Source of the DNA: Gemmatales bacterium
GTDB lineage: Bacteria; Planctomycetota; Planctomycetia; Gemmatales; HRBIN36
Length of the DNA stretch: 59,484 nt
Direction of reading: 5' to 3'
Assembly: GCA_025056555.1 (NCBI GenBank)
Contig: JANWVZ010000001.1
Location: 1 to 59,484, forward strand
In this document: in pieces, positions 29,652 to 38,027 of the stretch
Layout: the number at the start of each line of letters is the position of its first letter
Position numbering within the stretch: the first letter of the stretch is position 1
Position numbers and translations under genes: made by a program
The notes under the pieces: generated by a model
The model's input: only the letters and a program-made list of their open reading frames with translations
The model's database searches: none
Told to the model about the DNA's origin: nothing

Positions 29652-29696
29652 AAAAAAATCTTAGAAAGACCAGTCCACCTGATTCTGAGACTGGCC
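29652..29696 (-). terminator. possible Rho-independent terminator between the two paralogs
   Basis: On the minus strand: GGCCAGTC - 13-nt loop - GACTGGTC (8 bp, one G-U), followed by TTTCTAAGATTTTTTT. It lies about 270 nt downstream of the paralog-2 stop. Confidence 0.35.
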
Positions 29697-29963
29697 TCGT
29701 GCGCCATCAGCCAAGTGCCAGTTCAGGAACCCTGGAGCCTGTTGGCGTTTTTCTGGGATTCCTTGGTTGTTACTACTGATGACGAAATCGCCGCCCCTTA
29801 CCAACAGGGCTATCATCTTTAGGGAATGCCGACAACACTTAGCTTCGCTGGGATCAGCCCCGCGCTTTCTAATGCTGCGAAAACAACTTCGCCTGGATCA
29901 AGGTTCGACACCGACGTAGTCAATCGCGCCGACAAATCTGCTTGGCCCCTCCTATTCGCTTCA

Positions 29964-31163
29964 TTACCGCTGGAAAATTGGCAACACCGCTTTGTCCAGC
30001 TGAAGAATAATCGAGTAAACGGCCGTAGCAAAAACTGGCCCGACTCCCCAGTTTCCCGAACCGGATAGACTCCCGTCAGGCGACTGGCGGCTTTTAATCG
30101 CTTCAAACATCACCTCACGGTATCGGCTCCACTTGAGCAAGACCCGCTGCGACGGATCCCGCCGTTCCACTTCCGCTAAATCGGGACGCATCTTGGCATG
30201 GCGATCCTCGCCCAGAACGTAGATCACCTGGGCGTAATAGAAATGGGTGTACTCATCGTGCCTGATACGTTCGTGGGGAGCGCGGCCCACGGGGATACTC
30301 CGCATGCAAAAGTTCAGCCATTGGATCGCCAGTTCGTTCTCGTATTCGCCCGCACTGAACATACAGGCAATCCCCGCTGCTGTAAGTGCAGGCCGCACGT
30401 CTCCGCCACCACCGCCCTGCAGACTGTAGGTAACTCCCGCTTCACGCTTACGCGGATCCGGATCGTGGCGCACGACCCTGGTGCTCTTGCGGAGATAATC
30501 CTTGGCCTTGTCAATGGTCTCCTTAGGGACTGGGATGCCCGCATCACGGGCCGCTCGAAGCGCCTGCAATTGAGTGATGGTAACCGATCCTTCGTCGAAT
30601 CCACCCCCATCTGCTGACGACACATATCCCCAGCCGCCCAACCGCGTTTGTGCCCGTGCTGAGAATTCCACCGCTCGTTCTAAGGCTCGTCGCAACAACT
30701 CCCGTTTGCGCGGTTCGTTCTCTTCCCCGAATACCTGAGACAAGAAGGTCAAGGCGAAACCGTGGCCGTACATGTAGCGATGCCGCTCTTCTTCAATCCG
30801 CAGGTCGGCGATCAGACCATTCGGCTGAATACGACTGAGTAACCATTCGACCGCATTCTCGATGTTTCTGCTGAAGCGTCCCTGGGTCAGCGTACTTCCT
30901 TCGCACAAGAGGGCCAAACCCGCTAAGCCCGTCATAGGCACGGCGAACATGCCGCCGCGCTCTTCCCAATGCCCATCCCGCGCTTGCATCCGCGCCAACC
31001 ACTGTAACGCTCGGTCCGTGCACTCCTGATAGCGTGCCAGAAATCTCAGCGCATCGGGATCATCCGCCGCCCTTGCCGCGTCGCGGAAAACGCCTTGCGA
31101 ACTTAGCGCCAGACCTGCCGCACTTGCTGCCGACTTGGCCAGGAATTGCCGCCTCGTCCACAT
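29964..31163 (-). CDS. prenyltransferase/squalene-oxidase repeat protein with twin-arginine signal, paralog 2
   Basis: Start set at ATG 31163 (MWTRRQFLAKSAASAAGLALSSQG). Collinear with paralog 1 along its whole length. Confidence 0.85.
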   Translation of the reverse strand: MWTRRQFLAKSAASAAGLALSSQGVFRDAARAADDPDALRFLARYQECTDRALQWLARMQARDGHWEERGGMFAVPMTGLAGLALLCEGSTLTQGRFSRNIENAVEWLLSRIQPNGLIADLRIEEERHRYMYGHGFALTFLSQVFGEENEPRKRELLRRALERAVEFSARAQTRLGGWGYVSSADGGGFDEGSVTITQLQALRAARDAGIPVPKETIDKAKDYLRKSTRVVRHDPDPRKREAGVTYSLQGGGGGDVRPALTAAGIACMFSAGEYENELAIQWLNFCMRSIPVGRAPHERIRHDEYTHFYYAQVIYVLGEDRHAKMRPDLAEVERRDPSQRVLLKWSRYREVMFEAIKSRQSPDGSLSGSGNWGVGPVFATAVYSIILQLDKAVLPIFQR

Positions 31164-31660
31164 GATCCACACTCCCCGAAACTCTGATATTCGCCGAAGA
31201 AATCTTCCCCTTCCCCCTTGATTCAGTTTATGTCCCGATAGCAGATTTTTCCCGGCCAGATTAGTTCGCCGCGAAGGATCTAATCCGGTACGAATTGTCC
31301 ATCGGCTTGTCGCCACTCTCGCTTTCGCGAAGCGTGTTGGGATACCCTCCGACTTTCGGCCGAGTATGTAATCCCCATGTATTAGGACGAAGCGTCTCAC
31401 GACAACTCACGGTCCCCCGTGGGGAAAAAGGCATCTCCCTGTCTTAGGGCGATAAGCAAATTTGTGGTCGCGGCGTGTACCCGATTTGGCATCGAGAGAA
31501 ATTACGTTCTAAATTTGAACGCCAGCGCAGGCTGCCTGAGCAGCAAGGTAACACAGTCCTGAGCCGAAATGGGTGGATCACGCGGTTGTGATCGCCCCGA
31601 CCATTCCAAGTGAGGTGAGCCGTGAACCTGCCAGTCGACACTTTCGCACGGGCCAAGACC

Positions 31661-32350
31661 ATGCCAGCCGTCGCTCGCATCACCAGCCCAACACCGGCCA
31701 AAGCCTCCTCTGTCCCTGAAAACGCCTGGTTCTGTCCCCAGGAGGTACGCATCCTGGTCGCCGACGACGATCGGGCTATCTGCCAACTCATTCAACAAAG
31801 CCTGGCACGTCCCAGTTTTCGCATCGAGGTGGCCCATTCGGCCCCTGAGGCTCGTGAGAAGTTGACCGGGCAATCCTACCATCTGATTATCCTCGATTAC
31901 GTCTTACCCGGCTGGGAGGCCAACGAAGCTCTTGAATACCTCCGCCAACATCAACCTGATGCCTCAGTCATTGTCATCACGGGTTATCCCAGTTTGGAAG
32001 GAGTGGTTTCATGTCTGCGGGCACGGGTTTACGACTACCTCACAAAGCCCTTCGAAATACAGCAGTTGGAAAAAGTCGTGCAACGGTGTCTGCAGGCGAA
32101 AGGTTTGTTGCGCATGACCGAGGAGGCCCTGTTGGAAAGGATCGGCGCCTTTATCCGCGACCGGCGCAAAGCCCTCGGACTAACCTTGGCTCAAATGTCA
32201 GAGCGCACCGGCGTATCCCTCGGATACCTTTCGCAGATCGAATTGGGAAAAAACTCTGCTTCGATTGAAACACTGTATCGCATCTGCCTGGGATTCGGAA
32301 TCCGCATGTCCGAACTCTTCGCGGCCATTGACCGGGCTGACGGTAACTAG
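31661..32350 (+). CDS. response regulator: receiver domain fused to an XRE-family helix-turn-helix
   Basis: REC signatures: VRILVADDD, acceptor Asp in LIILDYVLPG, VIVITGY, YDYLTKPF. C-terminal HTH: LGLTLAQMSERTGVSLGYLSQIELGKNSASIETLYRI. A GTG at 31622 is an alternative start. Confidence 0.8.
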   Translation: MPAVARITSPTPAKASSVPENAWFCPQEVRILVADDDRAICQLIQQSLARPSFRIEVAHSAPEAREKLTGQSYHLIILDYVLPGWEANEALEYLRQHQPDASVIVITGYPSLEGVVSCLRARVYDYLTKPFEIQQLEKVVQRCLQAKGLLRMTEEALLERIGAFIRDRRKALGLTLAQMSERTGVSLGYLSQIELGKNSASIETLYRICLGFGIRMSELFAAIDRADGN

Positions 32351-32496
32351 ACGCTCCGGACGATCACTCCCTCACGATAACTTCCTCGCGGCCAACTGCC
32401 AGCTCTGCCCTAATCTGCTTAGTCTGCCGTTCATTGGATGGTTAAGACCTCAACCACAGATGACACAGAAGCATTCACACTGATTGATATGAGTCA

Positions 32497-32556
32497 GAAA
32501 AACAGCCGCGGAAACCGAATTGTGGACACGGCCCGCGGCTGCGTTTGTTTTCTTGT
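32497..32556. terminator. possible bidirectional hairpin terminator between convergent genes
   Basis: CAGCCGCGG (32503-32511) pairs perfectly with CCGCGGCTG (32533-32541). There is an A-run upstream (AGAAAAA) and a T-rich run downstream (GTTTGTTTTCTTG). The 21-nt loop is long. Confidence 0.45.
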
Positions 32557-32608
32557 GGAGTGGGAATACGTCTGCGGAGCGATACGCCACAAAGTCTAAA
32601 CGTCATTA

Positions 32609-33193
32609 TTATTCCTGCTGCGACTTCTTTCTGAGCGGAATGGTGTAAAGATACACAGTTCGCTCGAAGCCGTCAGCATTCACACGTTCCACCTTATCGG
32701 GTTCGTAGCCAGGAATCTCAAAGGAATGCGACACGATACGGGATCCCGGCTTCATCTTTTGCAGCTGAGGAACGAGTTTTTCGTTGAGCGAGGTGAGTAA
32801 ATAAAGCGTGATTACGGAAGCTCCGCTCAGATCGAGCGTAAAAATATCTTTTTGCTCAATCTTGACGAGGTCTTCGACCCCATTCTTGCGAACGTTCTCT
32901 AAAGACTCTTTAACCCGCACGGGATCGATGTCAAAACCGACAGCTTTGCAACCGTACTTCTTTGCTGCGGTAACGACAATGCGTCCGTCCCCGCAACCGA
33001 GATCGTAAACTACGTCCGCCTTGGTAACCTTAGCCAGTTCCAGCATCCGTTCCACAACTGGCTGGGGCGTGGGTACGAAAATGACGTCAGGCCTGCGCTC
33101 CTGTCCCGAAGCACAGCTCAATAGCAAGGCTAAACCTAAGGTCAGCCCTACCGTGGTCAAGCCTAGACTCAGTTGCACCAGCCTCTGCTTCAT
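32609..33193 (-). CDS. class I SAM-dependent methyltransferase with lipoprotein-type signal peptide
   Basis: Start set at ATG 33193 with GGAGG upstream. MKQRLVQLSLGLTTVGLTLGLALLLSC has a lipobox-like LLSC. SAM motif I is VVYDLGCGDGRIV. Confidence 0.8.
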   Translation of the reverse strand: MKQRLVQLSLGLTTVGLTLGLALLLSCASGQERRPDVIFVPTPQPVVERMLELAKVTKADVVYDLGCGDGRIVVTAAKKYGCKAVGFDIDPVRVKESLENVRKNGVEDLVKIEQKDIFTLDLSGASVITLYLLTSLNEKLVPQLQKMKPGSRIVSHSFEIPGYEPDKVERVNADGFERTVYLYTIPLRKKSQQE

Positions 33194-33571
33194 AGCGATA
33201 CCTCCGTTGGGTTGGTGAAGTCGGCTCTTGCGGCTCGTTGCCGTATTGGCAACTAGCATATACGGCCACTCCCATGGATTCAATCCCTTGGTTTGACCGA
33301 ATCTCAAAGCCAGGCTGGCTATACGCCCGGAACATTTCGCAAACCTGCCAGCCATCTTTTTTTCGATACATCCCATAAGACCTGCACGTCAGTCTGACCT
33401 CTATGTCTGGGTTGATTATGTCCGCCGCTGGCGCTGGGCGATACTAACTTGCAGAGCAAGCCGTCTGCTTCAGACTGGTGTCCCTATCGCTCTGATGGCA
33501 TCCCCTCAACCCCACACACTATTCCCACCCCTGAGGAAGCCGACGGGCTTGCAGCCACAAATGGAGGCGAT

Positions 33572-34582
33572 ATGAGTCGCGGCTTACGGGTCGTGCACAT
33601 GGCCCTGGCAGGAGTGATAATCCTGACGTGCAGTGCCAGGTCCGAAGACCTGACCAAGTTTGGCACCAGCAATAGTGCCAAGTCCGTAGCCAGTTCCACG
33701 CATAAAGACTTCGGTTCGGTGCCGCGAGGGATAGTGTGCCTGCATCAGTTCACGCTCCACAACCCGTTCGACAGGCCCATCAGAATAGCCAGCGTTCGCA
33801 CTTCTTGCGCGTGTGCCACCGCTCAGGTGGACCGTCAGGAAATCGCCCCTGGAGCAACTGCGACCTTATCGGTCAGCGTGGATACAGGCAAGTATCTGGG
33901 TCAACGGGTCTTTACCATCTTCGTGCTCCTGGAACAACCCGTAGTCCAAGAACTTCAATTCCTCGTCCAGGCTGAGAGCCGCGAGGACATTACGCTTTCC
34001 CCCAATCAGTTGGCTTTCGGTCGGATTACTCGTGGCCAAGCAGCGGAAACCAGCGTGACCATCACTCGCTACTCGGTGCCCAACTGGCAAATTGTTGCGG
34101 TGGAGAATGACAACGCTTATATCGAACCGCAACTGACAGAATTGCGCCGCGACACGGGCCAAGTCCAATATCGCCTCAACGTGCGACTGCGTCCCGATGT
34201 ACCAGTGGGTTCGTGGTATGCGGAATTAGGGCTGCGTGCTAACGATGGCAGCCGCATCCTGGTGCCCCTCACCGTCGAGGTGGAAGCAGCCCTGGTAACT
34301 ACGCCCAAAGAGGTGCACTTGGGGCGGGTTGCTGGCGGCGTTCAGATCGAACGACGGATTATTGTACGCGGCCCAAAGCCATTTCGCATCCTCAAGGTCA
34401 GCGGCGACGACCCGAACTTGGAGTTCGTTTGGCAGCCCGATGAAAGTCGCACGACGCATCTCATCACCATTCGTTATCGCACTCCCACCCTGCCGGGCGA
34501 GATCCGACATACCATCCGCATCCTTACCGATCTCCCCACCGACAACACCACCGAGGTTCGCCTGCAAGGCACCGTGCAATGA
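33572..34582 (+). CDS. DUF1573 domain protein (secreted)
   Basis: Start set at ATG 33572 with GGAGG at 33563-33567. Signal-like N-terminus. FGSVPRGIVCLHQFTLHNPFDRPIRIASVRTSCACATA fits the DUF1573 pattern (F.F.N.G..P..I..V..SC.C). Confidence 0.8.
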   Translation: MSRGLRVVHMALAGVIILTCSARSEDLTKFGTSNSAKSVASSTHKDFGSVPRGIVCLHQFTLHNPFDRPIRIASVRTSCACATAQVDRQEIAPGATATLSVSVDTGKYLGQRVFTIFVLLEQPVVQELQFLVQAESREDITLSPNQLAFGRITRGQAAETSVTITRYSVPNWQIVAVENDNAYIEPQLTELRRDTGQVQYRLNVRLRPDVPVGSWYAELGLRANDGSRILVPLTVEVEAALVTTPKEVHLGRVAGGVQIERRIIVRGPKPFRILKVSGDDPNLEFVWQPDESRTTHLITIRYRTPTLPGEIRHTIRILTDLPTDNTTEVRLQGTVQ

Positions 34583-34836
34583 CGCTCAGGGGCGTACTTA
34601 TCAGGTGTTCCCAGAGTTAGCTGTTATCTGAGTCTTAATTGGTGAACCGATCTCTTGCATTGCTCGTTGCTCATGGGACGCCTAATGAAGGTATCAGGCC
34701 GGTATCAGGGTGACTTTCTTTTTGGCCAAGCGACTAAATCATTTCCTCGAGTTCTTGACCTAGCCGAAGCAAACTCGTGTCGGACAAAACGGTGTATGGG
34801 CTATGACTCCCACTTAGTGTTCCCTAGCGATTCGGA

Positions 34837-34947
34837 ATGGCGACATTTTGCCCGAATTAGCTTATTTTTGCTACTGGAAGAGATGACGATTATCCTTGCC
34901 GCACATCTCACACATGGCGACATTTTGTCCGAATTAGCTTATTTTGC
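34837..34947 (+). repeat. two copies of a ~34-nt direct repeat, 77 nt apart, in an intergenic region
   Basis: Copy 1 at 34837-34871 is ATGGCGACATTTTGCCCGAATTAGCTTATTTTTGC. Copy 2 at 34914-34947 is ATGGCGACATTTTGTCCGAATTAGCTTATTTTGC. They differ by one substitution and a one-base difference in the T-run. Confidence 0.8.
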
Positions 34948-34954
34948 GTCGGCC

Positions 34955-34987
34955 AAAAAAGAAAAGCACGCGCCGAAAAGCGCGTGC
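34955..34987 (-). terminator. Rho-independent terminator downstream of clpS
   Basis: Perfect 8-bp stem GCACGCGC (34966-34973) / GCGCGTGC (34980-34987) with a 6-nt loop. On the minus strand it is followed by TTTTCTTTTTT (34955-34965). Confidence 0.6.
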
Positions 34988-35095
34988 TGGAAACTCTTGG
35001 TCGCCAAGATGAGTAATCTTGAGGCAGAAAGCTAAGCGTGCGGTCGAGACGTTGCTGCAGAATTGCCCAAACGGTCACTCCATGGACAATCCCGT

Positions 35096-35434
35096 TCAGG
35101 CGGGTTCGATGGTAACCGTAAGACCTTTGGAAGCAAATTGTTCCGCATACAGTTCGGCGCGTTCCTTGTGAGTGACCAGGAGCAGGGCCACGCCGTTCTT
35201 GTGCGCTTCGAGCATACGCTGGGTCGCTTCCTCGCGACTCAGGGCGGTCAACTCCTGAATAGTTTGCACTACATAAGCCATGTCATTAACGTCGTCGTTA
35301 TGCAGGAGAAGTTTATAGGGGGGCAAACGATCCACACGACCTTTTGCCTGATCTTTGGGCGAGGCATGCGAAGGATGGGCACGGGACCGTGTTCCGCCAG
35401 AATCGCCCCGTGGCTTACGCGGGATCTCGCTCAT
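35096..35434 (-). CDS. clpS: ATP-dependent Clp protease adaptor ClpS
   Basis: Start set at ATG 35434 with AAGGAG upstream. PPYKLLLHNDDVNDMAYVVQTIQELT...EATQRMLEAHKNGVALLLV is the ClpS core. Confidence 0.9.
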   Translation of the reverse strand: MSEIPRKPRGDSGGTRSRAHPSHASPKDQAKGRVDRLPPYKLLLHNDDVNDMAYVVQTIQELTALSREEATQRMLEAHKNGVALLLVTHKERAELYAEQFASKGLTVTIEPA

Positions 35435-35688
35435 GGCTAGACTCCTTGTTGCACAATGACTCTGGAAAGAGTTTCGGCATCCCGCCCCGCCGTTCATCCT
35501 GAGAAGCATGAAGCCTGCTATTCAGGATAACGACCTTCTGCCTCGTCTCCAATAGCAAATGGCGCACCAGGTACACCAAGAGATGTCGCGAGCATGGTTT
35601 TTTTGTCATTCTCGCGAGAAGCTCTCCAGGTTCCCAGAAAACCAGCCTGTTGTGCTGATTCTCGGCAGTCCGGGACGCCGGGAGGCGA

Positions 35689-36173
35689 GGGAGTCAGCCT
35701 GTAAGCCGGGTTCTGTACCCCAGGGCTCTGCTGAGTGCGATCTGCACACCCAGACGAATCTGAAGCCCGCCGGGGCGATGGTCATTCCTCTGCGAGTCGC
35801 GGTTACCCGCGCCCTGAATGCGGCCTACCCAGGAGTCACGCAGGCCTGAAGATGAGCCTGCCGGGGCCGGACCAGCCCTCCTCCTCTATTTGGCCTTGCT
35901 CCCGGTGGGGTTTGCCGAGCCAGTCGGTCGCCCGACTGCTGGTGCGCTCTTACCGCACCTTTTCACCCTTACCTGAGCCCATCCAGGGCCATCGGCGGTA
36001 TGCTTTCTGTTGCACTTTCCCTGGCCTCGCGGCCGATGGGCGTTACCCATCACCGTGTCCTGTGGAGCCCGGACTTTCCTCTCTCCAAGCAGAATCGTCC
36101 ACCCGGGCGGGGCGAACTTCACGGTGGCTCAAGCCGCCGTGCTGCTTGAAGAGCGACCATCCGGCCGACTCCC
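35689..36173 (-). ncRNA. rnpB: RNase P RNA, bacterial type A
   Basis: The minus strand reads GAGAGGAAAGTCCGGGCTCCACAGG (P4 5' strand), GGTAAGGGTGAAAAGGTGCGGTAAGAGCGCACC, GCAAACCCCACCGGGAGCAAGGCCAAATAG and ACAGAACCCGGCTTA (P4 3' strand). P1 is formed by GGGAGTCGGCCGG (5' end near 36173) and CAGGCTGACTCCC (3' end near 35689). End coordinates are +/- a few nt. Confidence 0.93.
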
Positions 36174-36261
36174 TATTCGATTATACGAGCGGAATTCCCC
36201 GCCAAGGCCACAAAAACGTCTCTCCACGCACAAGACGCCTAACCGATTATAGCGCAGTAAC

Positions 36262-37239
36262 TTACTTCGTAGCGCGCACCGCTGGCGCGGCGTGAATTCT
36301 CATCTCGCCCCCACCGTAAACCAGGTACTCCCGCCCGTCGAGATGCAACCAGCCCACTGCATAAACGGCATCTTTCGGTCCGGTCAGAAGTTTCAGCAAT
36401 GCATCATTTTGCCAGTCCCAAATGCGCACCGCGTGTTCCTCACCCGCACAAGCTAACCACTTGCCGTCGCCACTGAAAGCTACAGCGTATACAGGCTGTT
36501 TGGAAATCTGGAGAGTACGAAGCAGTTTTCCCGTTCCCGACTCCCAAATACGTACTGTGCGATCATGGCTGGCCGTTGCTAAGTGCCGAGCATCGGGAGA
36601 GAATCGGCAGCGATAGACGTAGCTGGTATGGCCCTGCAATACCTGAGCTTTTCCGTGGCGCCAATCCCACAGCCGCACGGTTTTATCGCCACTGGCGGTG
36701 GCCAGTTGCCCGTTGGCGCCGAAGGCGACACCGTAAATGGCATCCTGGTGGCCAAGCAACGTTTGGACGCTTTTTCCCGTAGATACTTCCCACACACGGC
36801 AAGCGTGGTCTTTTTCTCCGCCTCCTGTCGCTAACCAACGGCTGTCAGGAGAAAACGCCAAGGCATAGACAGGTCCCGTATGTCCCTCCAGGCAACGGAC
36901 CCGCAAAAGGCTACGCCCATCGAATAAGTGAACTTTTCCGTCCCCATCAGCGGTGGCCAACCATCGGCCATCCGGGCTGAACGAAGCTTCGTACACCGGC
37001 CCATCATGCTCCAGACGGGCCATAACTTTTCCCGTGGGCCAATCCCAAACACACACCGTCATATCTTCCGACGCTGAAACCAGCCATCGGCCGTCAGGCG
37101 ACGCAGCAATCGAGTAAATGTTGTCCCGATGATGTGTCAAAACACGGTTCGCTGCCGGCTCAGAGTGAAGCCATGACGTTGTTCCGCTCACTAACCCCTG
37201 TAACATAATGACCAGCACTATCGGCCAAGTGGTTTTCAA
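36262..37239 (-). CDS. exported WD40 (7-bladed beta-propeller) repeat protein
   Basis: Start set at TTG 37237-37239, 7 nt downstream of GGAGG, which gives the signal-like N-terminus (M)KTTWPIVLVIMLQGLVSG. Seven units of the type SPDGRWLAxxxxDxTVRxWD. Confidence 0.85.
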   Translation of the reverse strand: MKTTWPIVLVIMLQGLVSGTTSWLHSEPAANRVLTHHRDNIYSIAASPDGRWLVSASEDMTVCVWDWPTGKVMARLEHDGPVYEASFSPDGRWLATADGDGKVHLFDGRSLLRVRCLEGHTGPVYALAFSPDSRWLATGGGEKDHACRVWEVSTGKSVQTLLGHQDAIYGVAFGANGQLATASGDKTVRLWDWRHGKAQVLQGHTSYVYRCRFSPDARHLATASHDRTVRIWESGTGKLLRTLQISKQPVYAVAFSGDGKWLACAGEEHAVRIWDWQNDALLKLLTGPKDAVYAVGWLHLDGREYLVYGGGEMRIHAAPAVRATK

Positions 37240-37627
37240 AGAATTCCCTCCGCTTTTCAGCCTGGGGAGCACCTCGTGGACCTCGTTATGGAGACTCGAC
37301 AGTCTTGATATAGAATACGCCAACCGCAGGAATGAGTTTTTGCTTATGCCGTAACTCAGAACGTGAACTTCGCTGTGTGAAGCGCCTGGCACTGGTCAGA
37401 CCGCTTGAGAAGTTCCCCGTTATTGCTCAGCACTAAAGACGTTCGACATATCGTTTTCTCAGCAAACACCCGGCATGGCGTCGCGGCGTCACTTTCCCGA
37501 AAGCGAGCTCTTCGCGACCGTAAGCGATGCAGGTTCCGGCCGGATGTCGTTGCGCCCGCTAACTCTGACAACCCATGGGCCGCGCCAGCCCCACGGCGAA
37601 TCCGTAGCCGCCGACACCTTCGCGACG

Positions 37628-37633
37628 TATAAT
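37628..37633 (+). promoter_or_regulatory. possible -10 box (TATAAT) for tRNA-Val
   Basis: Perfect TATAAT 30 nt upstream of the tRNA 5' end. No good -35 box was found. Confidence 0.25.
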
Positions 37634-37662
37634 CTTTCGGCACGGAGACACAATCTCCTCAC

Positions 37663-37736
37663 GGGCGCTTAGCTCAGCTGGTGAGAGCGCTACGTTGACA
37701 TCGTAGAGGTCGGGGGTTCGAGTCCCTCAGCGCCCA
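37663..37736 (+). tRNA. tRNA-Val (anticodon GAC)
   Basis: Hand-folded cloverleaf: acceptor GGGCGCT/AGCGCCC, D stem GCTC/GAGC, anticodon stem CTACG/CGTAG with loop TTGACAT, T arm GGGGG-TTCGAGT-CCCTC, discriminator A. CCA is not encoded. Confidence 0.93.
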
Positions 37737-38027
37737 TTACGTTGCGAAAATCCGTATTGAGCTGAATTCGACTGAACGGTGTTCATGCCATTTGATGGAA
37801 TTTCGAGTCTTATCGTGGTTATTGGGTTGCCATACTCAAGCAGAGCACAGGTAAAAGTTACTCAAAACGGAAAGCACCCGGCTAAATCGCTCTTTCCTGT
37901 CGTCAACGAATCCAAGTTGGAAAAACGATGGTGCTCAAAACTCTTCACCAGGCACGCTGATAAGCGTAGCGTTGTTAGCTCTTCCCGTAGCTTCATAACC
38001 CTGCCAAAACTGGCCGGGCGGGTCGCT

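Noticed and set aside
34655-35035. 126-aa ORF spanning the 34-nt direct repeats.
   Set aside because: TTG start without an SD, lower-GC non-coding-like composition, and it runs into the clpS terminator hairpin. The repeats are better treated as non-coding.
35735-36295. 186-aa ORF, plus ORFs at 35886-36122 and 36010-36252.
   Set aside because: They overlap the RNase P RNA gene, which explains the sequence conservation blocks far better.
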